Shown here in pieces: positions 39,640 to 49,505 of a DNA stretch of 64,000 bases. Position numbers and translations under genes: made by a program. The stretch's first letter is position 1, and every line of letters starts with the position of its first letter. This stretch comes from an uncultured Acidimicrobiaceae bacterium (GTDB lineage Bacteria > Actinomycetota > Acidimicrobiia > Acidimicrobiales > RAAP-2), in contig CAVYNC010000004.1 in assembly GCA_963769775.1 (NCBI GenBank), forward strand, positions 95,134 through 159,133. The letters run 5' to 3'. The notes under the pieces were generated by a model. It ran no database searches. It saw nothing but the letters and a program-made list of their open reading frames with translations, and had not been told where the DNA came from.

Positions 39640-40031
39640 TCAGACGGGCTCGCCCGGCTCGCGTCTCGCCCGGCTGGGTCTCGCCCGGCTCCGACGCGCA
39701 GGCCGCCGCGCACGCCGCACAGGTGCGCACGATCGCCAGCTCGGTCAGGCGTTCGTCACCGATCAGCTCGCCGCACCGCTCGCACCGGCCATAGGTGCCG
39801 TCCTCCAGGCGGGCGAGCGCCTGCTCGACCTCGTCGAGGAGCGCGTCCACCGCGTCGATCGAGACCCGTTGGGCCTCTTCCTCACCGGTCGCGTCGTCCG
39901 TGGCGCCGGTCGTGGTCGGGTCGGGGGCATCCGTCGCGACGGATCGCGGTCGGGTCAGGGCCGTCCCTGGCGTCGTTCTCGGTCGCGTCGGTTGCCGCGC
40001 CCGCAGCACCTGTGGCCCACCCGGTCTCCAT
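39640..40031 (-). pseudogene. TraR/DksA-family C4 zinc-finger protein, frame break(s) as assembled
   Basis: LEDGTYGRCERCGELIGDERLTELAIVRTCAAC (CxxC-N17-CxxC). The corrected tail EPGETQPGETREPGEPV stops at TGA 39640-39642, 16 nt from the sodN stop (convergent). The start at ATG 40031 is tentative and needs a further shift near 39945. Confidence 0.6.
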
Positions 40032-40080
40032 GCCGAGCAGCGTACCCGCACAGAACGGGAGGTCCCCCTAGGGTGAACCC

Positions 40081-41533
40081 GTGAAGCCCGCGATCGGACA
40101 CGCCGGCACCGACCCGGCGGACGCTCTCGCCACCCTGGTCGGTGCCGGGCAGCTCGTGCCCTGCCTCGACGGGACCGAGCGCCAGGCGGTCGAGCTCGAC
40201 CAGGCCGCCTCCACCCAGGCCCATCCGGCGGTCGCGGCCCGTGTCGAGGCGTTCCTCCCTTCGTACTCGAGCGTGCACCGCGGGGCCGGCTACCGCTCCC
40301 GGAAGGCGACCGCCGCCTACGAGGCGGCCCGGCGGGCCGTCCTGTCGTTCGCCGGCCGGGACGAGGACGGGCCCGACGTGGCGATCCTCTGCCGCAACGC
40401 CACCGAGGCCATCAACCACCTGGCGTACCGGCTCCGGCTGGCGCCCACCGACGTCGTGGTGACCACCGCTGTCGAACACCACGCCAACCTCCTCCCCTGG
40501 GGACGGGTTGCCGAACGGCGCTACGTGGAGTGCGGCACCGCAGGAACCTTCTCCGTCGACGACGTGACCGCGGCCCTCGATGCCGCTCCCAGGCGACCGG
40601 CACTGCTTGCGGTCACCGGCGCCTCGAACGTGACCGGATGGCTCCCGCCGCTGGACGAGATCATCGACTCGGCCCACCGGCGCGGTGTGCCGGTGCTCGT
40701 CGACGCGGCCCAGCTCGCCCCCACCGGCCGCTCCCGGCGGCCGCCGACTACCTCGCCTTCAGCGGTCACAAGCTCTACGCGCCCTTCGGATCCGGCGCCC
40801 TCATCGGGCCCCGTGCCCTGTTCGAGACCGGGGACCCGTTCCTCGCCGGCGGCGGCGCCGTCGACCTGGTGGACCTCGAGGAGGTGATCTGGACGTCACC
40901 CCCCGACCGCGAGGAGGCCGGGTCGCCGAACGTGGTCGGGGCGGTGGCCCTGCACGCCGCTATCGACGTCCTCGCGGACATCGGCTGGGACGCGGTGGCC
41001 GCCCACGAGCGCGCCCTCGCCCGACCGGCTGCACGCGGGCCTCTCTGCCATCGACGGGGTGCGGCTGCTCGGGCCGCGTGGCTGTCCGGCCGGGAGCGGT
41101 CCGACGGGCGAGGAGGCCCCGACCCTGCCGGTCGCTGCGTTCACCGTTGAAGGGAGTGCACCACGCGCTCGGTGGCCGCCCGGTTGAGCGCCGAGTACGG
41201 GATCGCGGTCCGCCACGGCTGCTTCTGCGCCCACCCCTACGTGGTGCGCCTCCTCGGCCTCGGCGCGGCCGACGTCGACGCCTACCGCAGCGAGGTGCTC
41301 ACCGGCGACCACCGCAACGTCCCCGGGGCGGTGCAGGGCAAGCGCCGGACTTGGCACCTCCGGCGCCGACATCGAGGCGCTGCTCGCGGCCGTCGCCGAC
41401 ATCGCCGCGGGTTCGCCACTCCCGGTCCCCTACGAGCAGGACCCGGCCACCGGCGACTTCTTCCCGGTCACCGATGAGCCCGGCTGGCGCGGCGCCGCCC
41501 AGGAAATCGGGACCGCCTGCTCCCGCGGGTGAG
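40081..41533 (+). pseudogene. class-V aminotransferase / cysteine-desulfurase-like PLP enzyme, about four frame breaks as assembled
   Basis: SSVHRGAGYRS, NATEAINHLAY and VEHHANLLPW lie in the first frame. FSGHKLYAPFGSGALIG (PLP-Lys) and EAGSPNVVGAVAL lie in a second frame. VRHGCFCAHPY lies in a third. The stop is TGA 41531-41533. Confidence 0.8.
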
Positions 41534-41611
41534 GGTGCGTCCGGAGGGTCCGGGCTCCACCTACGCTCACCCGGTGACCCGGGGAGCACTGAGCAGCGAA
41601 TTGCCAAGCCG

Positions 41612-42617
41612 TTGACTGGTCCGCGGTCCCTCCGGCGGGTGCTCGCCGCCGTCGCTCACTGCGGCGGCCGGCATCGCACTGGTCGGGTGTGGCCCGACTT
41701 CGGCGGCGCCACCCGGCGACCCGACGGCCTACGTGGCCACCGGTTCGAACTCGGCGACGCCCGCGCAACACCGTGGCGGTCGTGGACACCCGGTCCGGGA
41801 CCGCGCTCACTCCGATCACCACCGGAACGCTCCCCACCGGGCTGGCGGTGACCCCGGACGGTACTGCACCTCCTGGTCACGGACAAGGCCGAGGATCAGC
41901 TCGTCGAGGTCTCGGTGGCCTCCGGAAGGGTCGTCGGCCGGGTGACCGGTCGGCCTCGAGCCGGACGCTGTGGCCGTCACGCCCGATGGGAGTCTGGCCC
42001 TCGTGGCCAACTTCGGTGATAACACCGTGACCCCGGTGTCCCTACGGTCCCTCCGCCCGGCGCGGCCGTCCACGTCGGTCGCCAGCCCGTCGCGGTGGCG
42101 GTCACCCCTACGGGCAGCGAGGCGCTCGTCGCCGACTTCGAGGACGGTTCGCTGACCCCGATCGCCCTCCCCTCCCTGGCCCCGGGAGCTCCCGGTCGCG
42201 GTCGGACAGGAGCCGGTCTCGGTCTTCGTGTCCTCGAACGGCACGACAGCACTCGTCGCCGACTTCGAGACCAGTACGGTCACGCCGGTCAACCTCCCCG
42301 GGCTCGAACCAGGCCCGCCCGTCGCGGTCGGGGGAAACCCGACCGGCATCGCGGGGGCGCCCGGCGCGACCACCGCATGGGTCAGCGGGGGCGACAGCGT
42401 CACTCCCTTCACGCTGTCCGACCGTCGTGCCGGCACGGCCGTGTCCGTCGGCGCGACCGCCGAAGGCATCGCCGTCGAGGAAGGGGGCGGCACCGCCTGG
42501 GTCTGCACCGGGGACGGCAACCTGGTCGAGCTCGACCTCCAGACCGGCACGGTGGCCCGCCGGGTTGCCGTCGGGGGTCGACCGTCTGCCGTGGTGATCG
42601 TGCCTGGGCGCTCCTAG
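41612..42617 (+). pseudogene. YVTN-family beta-propeller repeat lipoprotein, about seven frame breaks as assembled
   Basis: TTG 41612 gives MTGPRSLRRVLAAVA, then (after a shift) LTAAAGIALVGC (lipobox). Repeats follow: YVATGSNS, VAVVDTRSG, AVTPDGSLALVANFGDNTVTPVSL, AVTPTGSEALVADFEDGSLTPI, NGTTALVADFETSTVTPVNL. The C-terminus lies in ORF 42228..42617. Confidence 0.75.
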
Positions 42618-43356
42618 CCCGATCGGTTGGCGGGCTGCGGGAGCCCGGTGCCCTCGGCTTCTCCCGGTGCCCGGGCGATGACGAACCGGGTCTCTCGGCG
42701 TACGGAGAACCCGAGCTCCCGGTAGAGCCGGATTGCCTCGATGTTGTCGGCCGCCGCGTGGAGGAACGGGCGCTCGCCACGGCTGTGGACGCCCGCCACC
42801 ACCCGACGAACAAGCACACCTGCGAGGCCCTGGCCGCGGTGCTCCGGATGGGTGGCGACGGCACTGATCTCGACCCATCCGCTCGGACGCAGTCGCTCTC
42901 CGGTCATGGCCACCAAGGCTCCGTCCCTCCGGATCCCGAGATACCCGCCGAACTCGATCGTCCGCGGCAGGAACGGCCCCGGACGGGCGAGCCGCACCAG
43001 GTCGAGCATGTCCTCGACATCGGCGTCCCCGAGCACGAGGATCTCGTCCGTCGGCTATCGGAGCCGACACAGGTCCAGCCGCCGCGAGACGGTCCCCGAC
43101 CATCTGGACCCCGGCGAGCTCGACGACGTCCGACCACCCGGTGGGCGGTGTCCCGACCTGGCCGGTCACGGCCACCGTGCCACCCGGGCCGACGAGTTCG
43201 GCAAGCTCGGCCCAGTGGGCCTCCCCCGGCGGTTCGGGGAAGGCGCCGAATGGCGCGACGTCCGGCCGGAACCGCGCGGCCCGCTCGCGAGCCACGCCGA
43301 GGTGGCCCTGCCGCCCGGTGAGGGCGGACCAGACCGGGTTGTCGAGCTCGTGCATC
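42614..43356 (-). pseudogene. GNAT-family N-acetyltransferase (two-domain type), one frameshift as assembled
   Basis: The N-terminus MHELDNPVWSALTGRQ starts at ATG 43356. The C-terminal ORF 42614..43036 contains VATHPEHRGQGLAGVLV and AIRLYRELGF. The join is near 43050. Confidence 0.8.
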
Positions 43357-43481
43357 AACGCCGCCTTTCGGGCCTGGCGGCCGACGGGGACGGCGGCGCC
43401 GGGAATGCGACTGCTTCTTCGACGATAGGGCAGGCCCGGGCGGACGGGTCCGCCCAATGGCGAGCCGATACGCTGCGCGGC

Positions 43482-43554
43482 GGGCCGTTAGCTCATCCGG
43501 TAGAGCAGGGGACTTTTAATCCCAAGGTGGCGGGATCGAGACTCGCACGGCCCA
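43482..43554 (+). tRNA. tRNA-Lys (anticodon UUU)
   Basis: Hand-folded cloverleaf. Acceptor GGGCCGT/ACGGCCC. D arm GCTC-ATCCGGT-AGAGC. Anticodon stem GGGGA/TCCCA with loop CTTTTAA. T arm GCGGG-ATCGAGA-CTCGC. Discriminator A; CCA not fully encoded. The T-loop starts with A instead of T, and positions 27-43 mismatch. Confidence 0.85.
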
Positions 43555-43642
43555 CCTGGTCAGAGGTTGCATTTCGCTCCGTCACACCCTCCAGATGGCC
43601 CAAACTAAACCCAACAGCTTGCCCAACAATTTTGGTAACCAG

Positions 43643-44074
43643 TCAGGTGTTCGTCACGGTTGCGAGCTGAGCTGCAGACAGGCGTAGATCGGCATCCTTG
43701 AAGCGGCCGATGGGATCTTCGAGGCGGACGATCCATTTGTCCCCATCCTGGGCGATGACCCGTGCAGCCTTTCCATGCAAGTACAGAGGCCGTAGGTTGT
43801 GGCCGAGCTCCACCCGGTCGCCCACCTTCAATGTGGCAATGGCGATGATCTGCGCGGCGGCTTCGAGCGCGCCGACGCGCGACTGCACGGTGGTCACGAT
43901 GTGGTCGAGGTGCTCGTCGAGGAGTCCGACGCGTATGGCGAGGAGGAGAGGCTCGACATCAAGTCCGCTCGAACTCGCCAGGATGCCGGCGACCTCCTCG
44001 GGACTCGTCTGGGACAGATCGGCCCGGGGGGCAGCAGGTCGAGTGGACCGGGTTCGCTTCTTCTGGGTGGCCAC
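43643..44074 (-). CDS. hypothetical 143-aa protein carried inside the IS66-like element, downstream of the transposase
   Basis: [20 protein letters not shown]...KVGDRVELGHNLRPLYLHGKAARVIAQDGDKWIVRLEDPIGRF. Basic N-terminus; no family recognised. Confidence 0.5.
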   Translation of the reverse strand: MATQKKRTRSTRPAAPRADLSQTSPEEVAGILASSSGLDVEPLLLAIRVGLLDEHLDHIVTTVQSRVGALEAAAQIIAIATLKVGDRVELGHNLRPLYLHGKAARVIAQDGDKWIVRLEDPIGRFKDADLRLSAAQLATVTNT

Positions 44075-44116
44075 GGTGCCACAGTCTTGTCGCGTTGGAC
44101 CCGCGGCGCCTGACGT

Positions 44117-45625
44117 CTACCCAACGCCGGCCTGGGGCAGCCAGGGCCCGTCGACGAACAGCTGCCGGAGCACGGCCAATCGGTTGTGCCCCTGCAAGGC
44201 AGCGGTCTGGAGGTAGGAGCGGATGGTGGCGAAGGCCTGGGCCCCGTCATCGCTTCGGAACGAGCCACTGATCTTGTCGTGCAGTTTCACCATGCGAAGC
44301 GCTCGCTCTCCGGTGTTGTTGTCGAACGGCACGGCGCTGTCTCGCAGCAGGTGCAGCACATCGGGTGCCCCCGAGCGCAGGCGTGTGGCCAGGTTCCAGG
44401 CGTCTCGCTGCGGCGTGGTCCACCCGCCGGTGTGCCGGCGCCTCGGGGGCGGTCCCTCGGGCAGAGAGGCGAAGGCGCCGTCCAACGTGTCGTGGTAGCG
44501 CTGGGTGATGGCGTTCGCCCGCCGGTGGCGGACCCGGGGGAGATCGGCGTCGGCAGCCTGTTCGTTGGCGGCCTTCGCCGCCAGGAGGACCTCGATCATC
44601 TGGGCGGTCCATGTCGAGAACTCCCGCGTCTCGCCCACGGCTCGCAGGTGGCGGACCAGGTGCGCCCCGCACTGGGCGTGTCCGGCACCGGTGAAGACGT
44701 CGTAGGGCGCCCACCCGTCGTGGACGATGGTGCCGGCGTACTCGGCCAGCACCCCGATGTCGTCCATGGCCTCGACGCCTCGTTTGGGGTGCACGACGAG
44801 GAGGGTCAGCAGGTTCGTGGCCAGCGTATGCACCCAGCGCTTGGTGGTCCCGACCCTGGTGCCTGTCTCGTCGGCGTGGACGACCGGGGCCTCATGGAGG
44901 CCCTTCTTCACCGCCGTGATGAAGGGCCCCAAGCGACCAGCCGCCTCGGCCTGGACCGAGCTCAACCACCCCGTCGAGACGTTGGCCCCGAGCAGCTCGG
45001 CCAACAGCTCGGCGGTGCGCTCGAGGGGCAGGTGCTGGCGGTCCATCAGATAGATGGCGAAGGCCCGCACCTCGGGCCCCCAGCACACCGAGGCCCGGGC
45101 CTCGGGTGGGAAGACGCCGACCGTCTCGTGTCCGCAGGAGCAGCGGCGGCGCTCGGCGACGTGGTCGGTGACGCCTACCTCGATCCGGGGGATCTCGAGC
45201 ACCTGCCGGCGCACCTCGCCGACCACGTCGGCCCCGGCCAGGTCGGCCCCGCATCGACCGCAGCACACCGGTGGGTGCACGACAACCTCGTCGGGGACGC
45301 GTCGAGCCAGATGCGCTCCCGGCGCTCCGGGCTGCTTGCCTTGGCGCCGACCGGCCGCCCGCCCCGCCGCGCGTCGTTCGGAGCGCGACTGACGAGGAGC
45401 CATGGGATCTTGCGACGGCGGCTTCGACGAGTTCTCCGAATGTCGCCCGAGTTCTGCCTCGAGCCGCGCCACGAGATCACGCAGCGACTCGTTCTCCGTC
45501 CGCAGCCGTTCGGTCTCCGCGCTCAACTGCTCGGCGAACAACTCCAAGGCGGCGACCTGCTCAGCCAGCTCCTGATAGGGGGGCTCGTCATCGAAGGGGG
45601 AACGGTCGTCGGGTGGAATTCCCAA
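44117..45625 (-). CDS. IS66-family transposase
   Basis: Intact 502-aa ORF with an N-terminal coiled coil (LRTENESLRDLVARLEAEL), a Cys-rich zinc-finger region (CCGRCG...CSCGH), HADETG, GTIVHDGWAPY and DNNTGERALR. Confidence 0.9.
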   Translation of the reverse strand: MGIPPDDRSPFDDEPPYQELAEQVAALELFAEQLSAETERLRTENESLRDLVARLEAELGRHSENSSKPPSQDPMAPRQSRSERRAAGRAAGRRQGKQPGAPGAHLARRVPDEVVVHPPVCCGRCGADLAGADVVGEVRRQVLEIPRIEVGVTDHVAERRRCSCGHETVGVFPPEARASVCWGPEVRAFAIYLMDRQHLPLERTAELLAELLGANVSTGWLSSVQAEAAGRLGPFITAVKKGLHEAPVVHADETGTRVGTTKRWVHTLATNLLTLLVVHPKRGVEAMDDIGVLAEYAGTIVHDGWAPYDVFTGAGHAQCGAHLVRHLRAVGETREFSTWTAQMIEVLLAAKAANEQAADADLPRVRHRRANAITQRYHDTLDGAFASLPEGPPPRRRHTGGWTTPQRDAWNLATRLRSGAPDVLHLLRDSAVPFDNNTGERALRMVKLHDKISGSFRSDDGAQAFATIRSYLQTAALQGHNRLAVLRQLFVDGPWLPQAGVG

Positions 45626-45695
45626 CGTTACGCGCGACGTTCTCCCAGGTGGCGGATGGGATCCTCAGAGGACCTGACTGGTTACCAATTTTGGG

Positions 45696-46942
45696 TCATC
45701 CGGGATTCCCGTGGGTAGCAGGGTAAAGCTGTAGGCCACCGCAGTGGAAGAAGATGGCCGTCTTGAAGTGCTCCTTGTTCCGGTATCCGTAGGCCATCTT
45801 CTTGATCGTCTGGATCTTCGAGTTGAGCCCTTCTGCAGCGGCATTGGTGATGCGGGCGGCGGAGAAGTAGTTGAGCACCCCGTAGAGATGCCGCTTGATC
45901 ATGTAGGCGACGTCGATGATGGGCTGGAGGCGCGAGTGAGTGGCCCAGAAGAACCACTGCTTGTAGAACTTGGCGGCCCAGCCGAGTCGCTGGTAGCGCC
46001 AGAGCACCGCCAATGACTCCTTGATGGCCCAGGCGCGTGCGGTCTTCAAGTTGAGCGCCTTGAGGGAAGCGAAGGTGGCCTTGTGCTTCTCGGGCAGGTT
46101 CTTCTCGGCGTAGAGCCAGAGATATTCGATCCGGTGAGCGTGTCGATCCCCTCGGCGCGCAGGTCTCGGTGCTCGTGCTTGCGCACGGTGTCGACGGCCT
46201 CGCCCATGTGCTTCATGATGTGGAAGCGGTCGAACACGATCTTGTCGTGAGCGCTGTCAAGGTGCGCTTCGACCGAGTTGATATAGGCCGGCCACATGTC
46301 CATGACCACGGCGCTGATCCCTTCACGCTCGGTGGCGCTGAAGGACTCGAAGTAGGGGTCGAGGCTGGCTTGTTTGCGGTCGTCTGCGATGTACTCGACG
46401 GTGCCGCCGGCGATGTCATAGACCAAGGTGAGGTAGGAGTGGCCCTTGCGGGCCGCCTTCTCGTCGACCCCGATCAGGGCCGGCACCTTGTGCTGCTTGG
46501 CGGCTCGACCCCGGGCGACGGCCCGCTCCATGATCCCCCAGCACGCGTCCCAGCTCGTCTTCAAGATGTTGGCCGCGCCGGAGATGTCGGTTTCTTTCAT
46601 GACGTCGATGGCGAAGCGCTCGAAGGCCGTGGTGAAGCGACTGCGGGGGTCAGCCCAGGGCAAGCGGACCTGGCGGACCCCGTCGGTCGGGCACTTGACC
46701 CGTGGGGGACGGGCGTGGAGCCAGGTGGGGAACCCTCCGGTGTCGAGGTGGCGCCACGCCCGCATCTCGGCGTGGTCGTAGAGAGGGAGCTCGACCTCGC
46801 AGTCCGGGCAGGCCCACAGACGGCCCTCGTGGTGCGAGACGGTGATGTCGACTCGCTTGTTCTCGACCGAGAGGTCGACGTCCTCGACGTACCAGGGGTC
46901 AGTAAGCCCGAGGACCTGGGCGTAGAACTCGATGTCACGCAT
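45696..46942 (-). pseudogene. ISL3-family transposase, one frameshift as assembled
   Basis: ORF 46046..46996 from MRDIEFYAQVLGL (zf-ISL3-like CPDCEV, VRQVRLPWA, IGVDEKAARKGHSYLTLV, VVMDMWPAY). ORF 45696..46049 (WATHSRLQPI, ITNAAAEGLNSKIQTIKKMAYGYRNKEHF) follows it. The join is near 46125. The element ends were not identified. Confidence 0.85.
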
Positions 46943-47595
46943 CGCCGCCTCCTTGGCTTGCCAGCGTCCCCGGGCAGCAACTCCCGGGAGCGACACCTAG
47001 TGTCGCTCCCTGTCCAGCACTTCCGCCACAGACGAGCCCGGTGTCAGGGGACGGGCACAGCCCGAGCGAGAACCGCAGCGTCAGCGGAGGCTCGCAGCGA
47101 CCCTTGACGCCGGCGCGAGGCCCGGTGGCCAACCGGTGTGGCGTGCCAACACCACATTCGATGCGCGTCGGCGTCGCGCATCGGGCATGGAGTCCTCAGC
47201 CAGTCGACGTCACTCCGAACATGAGTTCGACGAAGTCACCCACGGAGAACCCGGAAGGACCCCAACTTTCGAAGGGTCTGGAGGGCTCGATGCCGGGGAG
47301 CATGACGTTGGATCGGGGGCGGGTCGGCCCACCGCTGAGCTGCGATCCTCGCGACCGCCCCAATAACGCGTTCATACGGGTGAAAGCATCTCTCAACCAG
47401 GCAGTTCCGGGCGTGTGGATAACTCGTTTTCGGGAGACAGGTCCTACCCTGGTCTGGGGAGCGAGGCCCCTGGATCGCGAAGGTTGGACAGCGAGGAGCC
47501 CTCGGCTGCCCGTCGGTTCAGGTCCTCCCGTGCGGCATGCCGGTCGAGGGCTCGCTCCGGGAAGCCGGGTTCCCTTGCGAGCATCTTGTGGCACG

Positions 47596-48980
47596 TCAGC
47601 CGACTGGCACCTCGGTCACGGATTGGCCGGCGCTATTCGCCACGAAGAGGTCGGAAGGGCTCGCCGCGAGGGCATCGGGCCCGCCGAACTCATACGGCGA
47701 ACCAGAGAGCACCTGCACCAGGGCCCCGGTCGAGGCGTTGATCTCGGTGACCGAGTTACCGGGGCGTTCGGGACGGAGAGGTCGGTGCCGGGGTTCGCGA
47801 CGAAGAGGTCGGAGCCACTCACGGCGAGGGCATGGGGCTGGTCGAACCCATATGACGAGCCCGAGATCACCTGCACCAGGGCCCCTGTCGAGGCGTTGAT
47901 CTCGGTGACTGAGCCAGTGTCGGCGTCGTAGGGGGAGTTTACGACGAAGAGGTCGGAGCCACTCACGGCGAGAGCATTGGGCGATTCGAACCCATACGAC
48001 GAGCCCGAGATCACCTGCACCAGGCCCGCGGTCGTGGTGATGATCTCGGTGACCGAGGTCCCGTTGCCGTAGCTGGGATTCCCGGTGTTCGCCGCGAAGA
48101 GATGTGAGCCGCTCACGGCGAGAGCACTGGGCCCGAAGAACCCATAGGTGGAGCCCGAGATCACCCGCACCAGGGCCCCCGTCGAGGCGTTCATCTCGGT
48201 GACCGAGTCGCCGATGGAATTCGCCACAAAGAGGTCCGAACTGCTCAGTGCGACGGCATCGGGGGCAGCGAACCGATACGGCGAGCCGGTGTTCACTCGC
48301 ACCAGGCCTGCGGTCGAGGCGTTGATCTCGGTGATCGATAAACCATCGCCGTTCGCGACGAAGAGGTCTTGCCCGCTCACGGCGAGGGCATCGGGATAGG
48401 CGAACCCATATGTTTTGCCCTGGATCACCCGCACCAGGGCTCCCGTCGAGGCGTTGACTTCGGCAACCGAGTTACCGTAATAGTCCGCCACAAAGAGGTC
48501 CGAACCGATCACGGCGAGGGCACTGGGATCGTTGAACCCATACGAGCCGGGCTTGATCACCCGCACCAGGGCCCCGGTCGAGGCGTTGATCTCGGTGACC
48601 GAGTCACCGACGGTGTTCGTAGCCTGTGGGTTCGCGACGAAGAGGTCTTGGCCGGTCACCGCGAGAGCCTCGGGGTAGCTGAACTTATACGACGGGCCGT
48701 TGATCACCCGCACCAGGGCCCCGGTCGAAGCGTTGATCTCGGTGACGGAGCTGGTGCCGCCACTGCCGTTCGCGACGAAGAGGTCTTGCCCGCTCACGGC
48801 GAGGGCGGTGGGGTAGCCGAACCCATACGACGAATCCGAGAGCACCTGCACCAGGGCCCCTGTAGAGGCGTCGATCTCGCTAACCGAGTTACCGGAGGAG
48901 TTCGCCACGAAGAGGTTCGAACCGTTCAGTGCGAGGGCATCGGGGCCGTCGAATCCATATGCCGAGCCCGAGCTGGTCAT
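47596..48980 (-). pseudogene. beta-propeller-type repeat protein (ten ~42-46-aa NHL/YncE-like repeats), one frameshift as assembled
   Basis: Iterated unit SVTEINASTGALVRVISGSSYGFxxPxALAVSGSDLFVAN. The last repeat and the stop (TGA 47596-47598) are reached after a shift near 47760. There is no signal peptide and the ORF starts inside repeat 1. Confidence 0.7.
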
Positions 48981-49200
48981 GAATAGCTTCGGGAGCGCTG
49001 GGAGATTCGGCCTGACTTGAAGTCATGAGGCGCTCTCGGGCGTCGTCGGCTGAGCTCTTCCAGCGGCACATTGACAACGGCACGCCCCGTCTCCGAGGTT
49101 GGGTGATTGGTCGGGATTGCTAGAACAATCCAGACCGCCCGTCACTCCGGCTCCGATCAAGGGCTGCCGTGCCACCCCTCAACCGCTAAGGAAGGAAGGG

Positions 49201-49505
49201 ATGGCTCCCGCGATCACGGGTGGTGTCGATACCCACCTGGACGAACACGTTGCCGCGGCCCTCGACCCTTTGGGTCGGCTGGTCGGCACCGAGTCGTTCA
49301 CTGCTGACACTGGCGGCTACAAGGCGCTGCTGGCCTGGCTTGAGGGGTTCGGCCAGGTGACCAAGGTCGGTGTCGAGGGCACGGGTTCCTATAGGGTCGG
49401 ACTCTCCCGGTTCCTGCGGCGGAAGGGCGTCGAGGTCGTAGAAGTCAACCGGCCCAACTGCCAGTCCCGGCGCAACCAGGGCAAGTCGGGTCCCCTCGAT
49501 GCGGT
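49201..49505 (+). pseudogene. IS110-family transposase, 5' fragment interrupted by an IS3 element (a short continuation lies at ~51039-51205)
   Basis: AAGGAAGG RBS, then MAPAITGGVDTHLDEHVAAALDPLGR...VGVEGTGSYRVGLSRFLRRKGVEVVEVNRP...GKSGPLDAV. Beyond the IS3 element the frame resumes as EAARAAISGRASGAGKSKDG and then degenerates. Confidence 0.8.

Larger units (their letters stand above)
43627..45693 (-). mobile_element. IS66-family-like insertion sequence bounded by 22-bp imperfect inverted repeats (20/22)
   Basis: The left end CAATTTTGGTAACCAGTCAGGT (43627-43648) pairs with the reverse complement of the right end ACCTGACTGGTTACCAATTTTG (45672-45693). The element encloses the transposase and a 143-aa ORF whose stop lies inside the left repeat. 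Confidence 0.65.

Noticed and set aside
47596-48980. Non-coding satellite or CRISPR interpretation of the ~126-bp DNA periodicity.
   Set aside because: The periodicity corresponds exactly to a 42-aa protein repeat in one long open frame with conserved hydrophobic and Gly positions.
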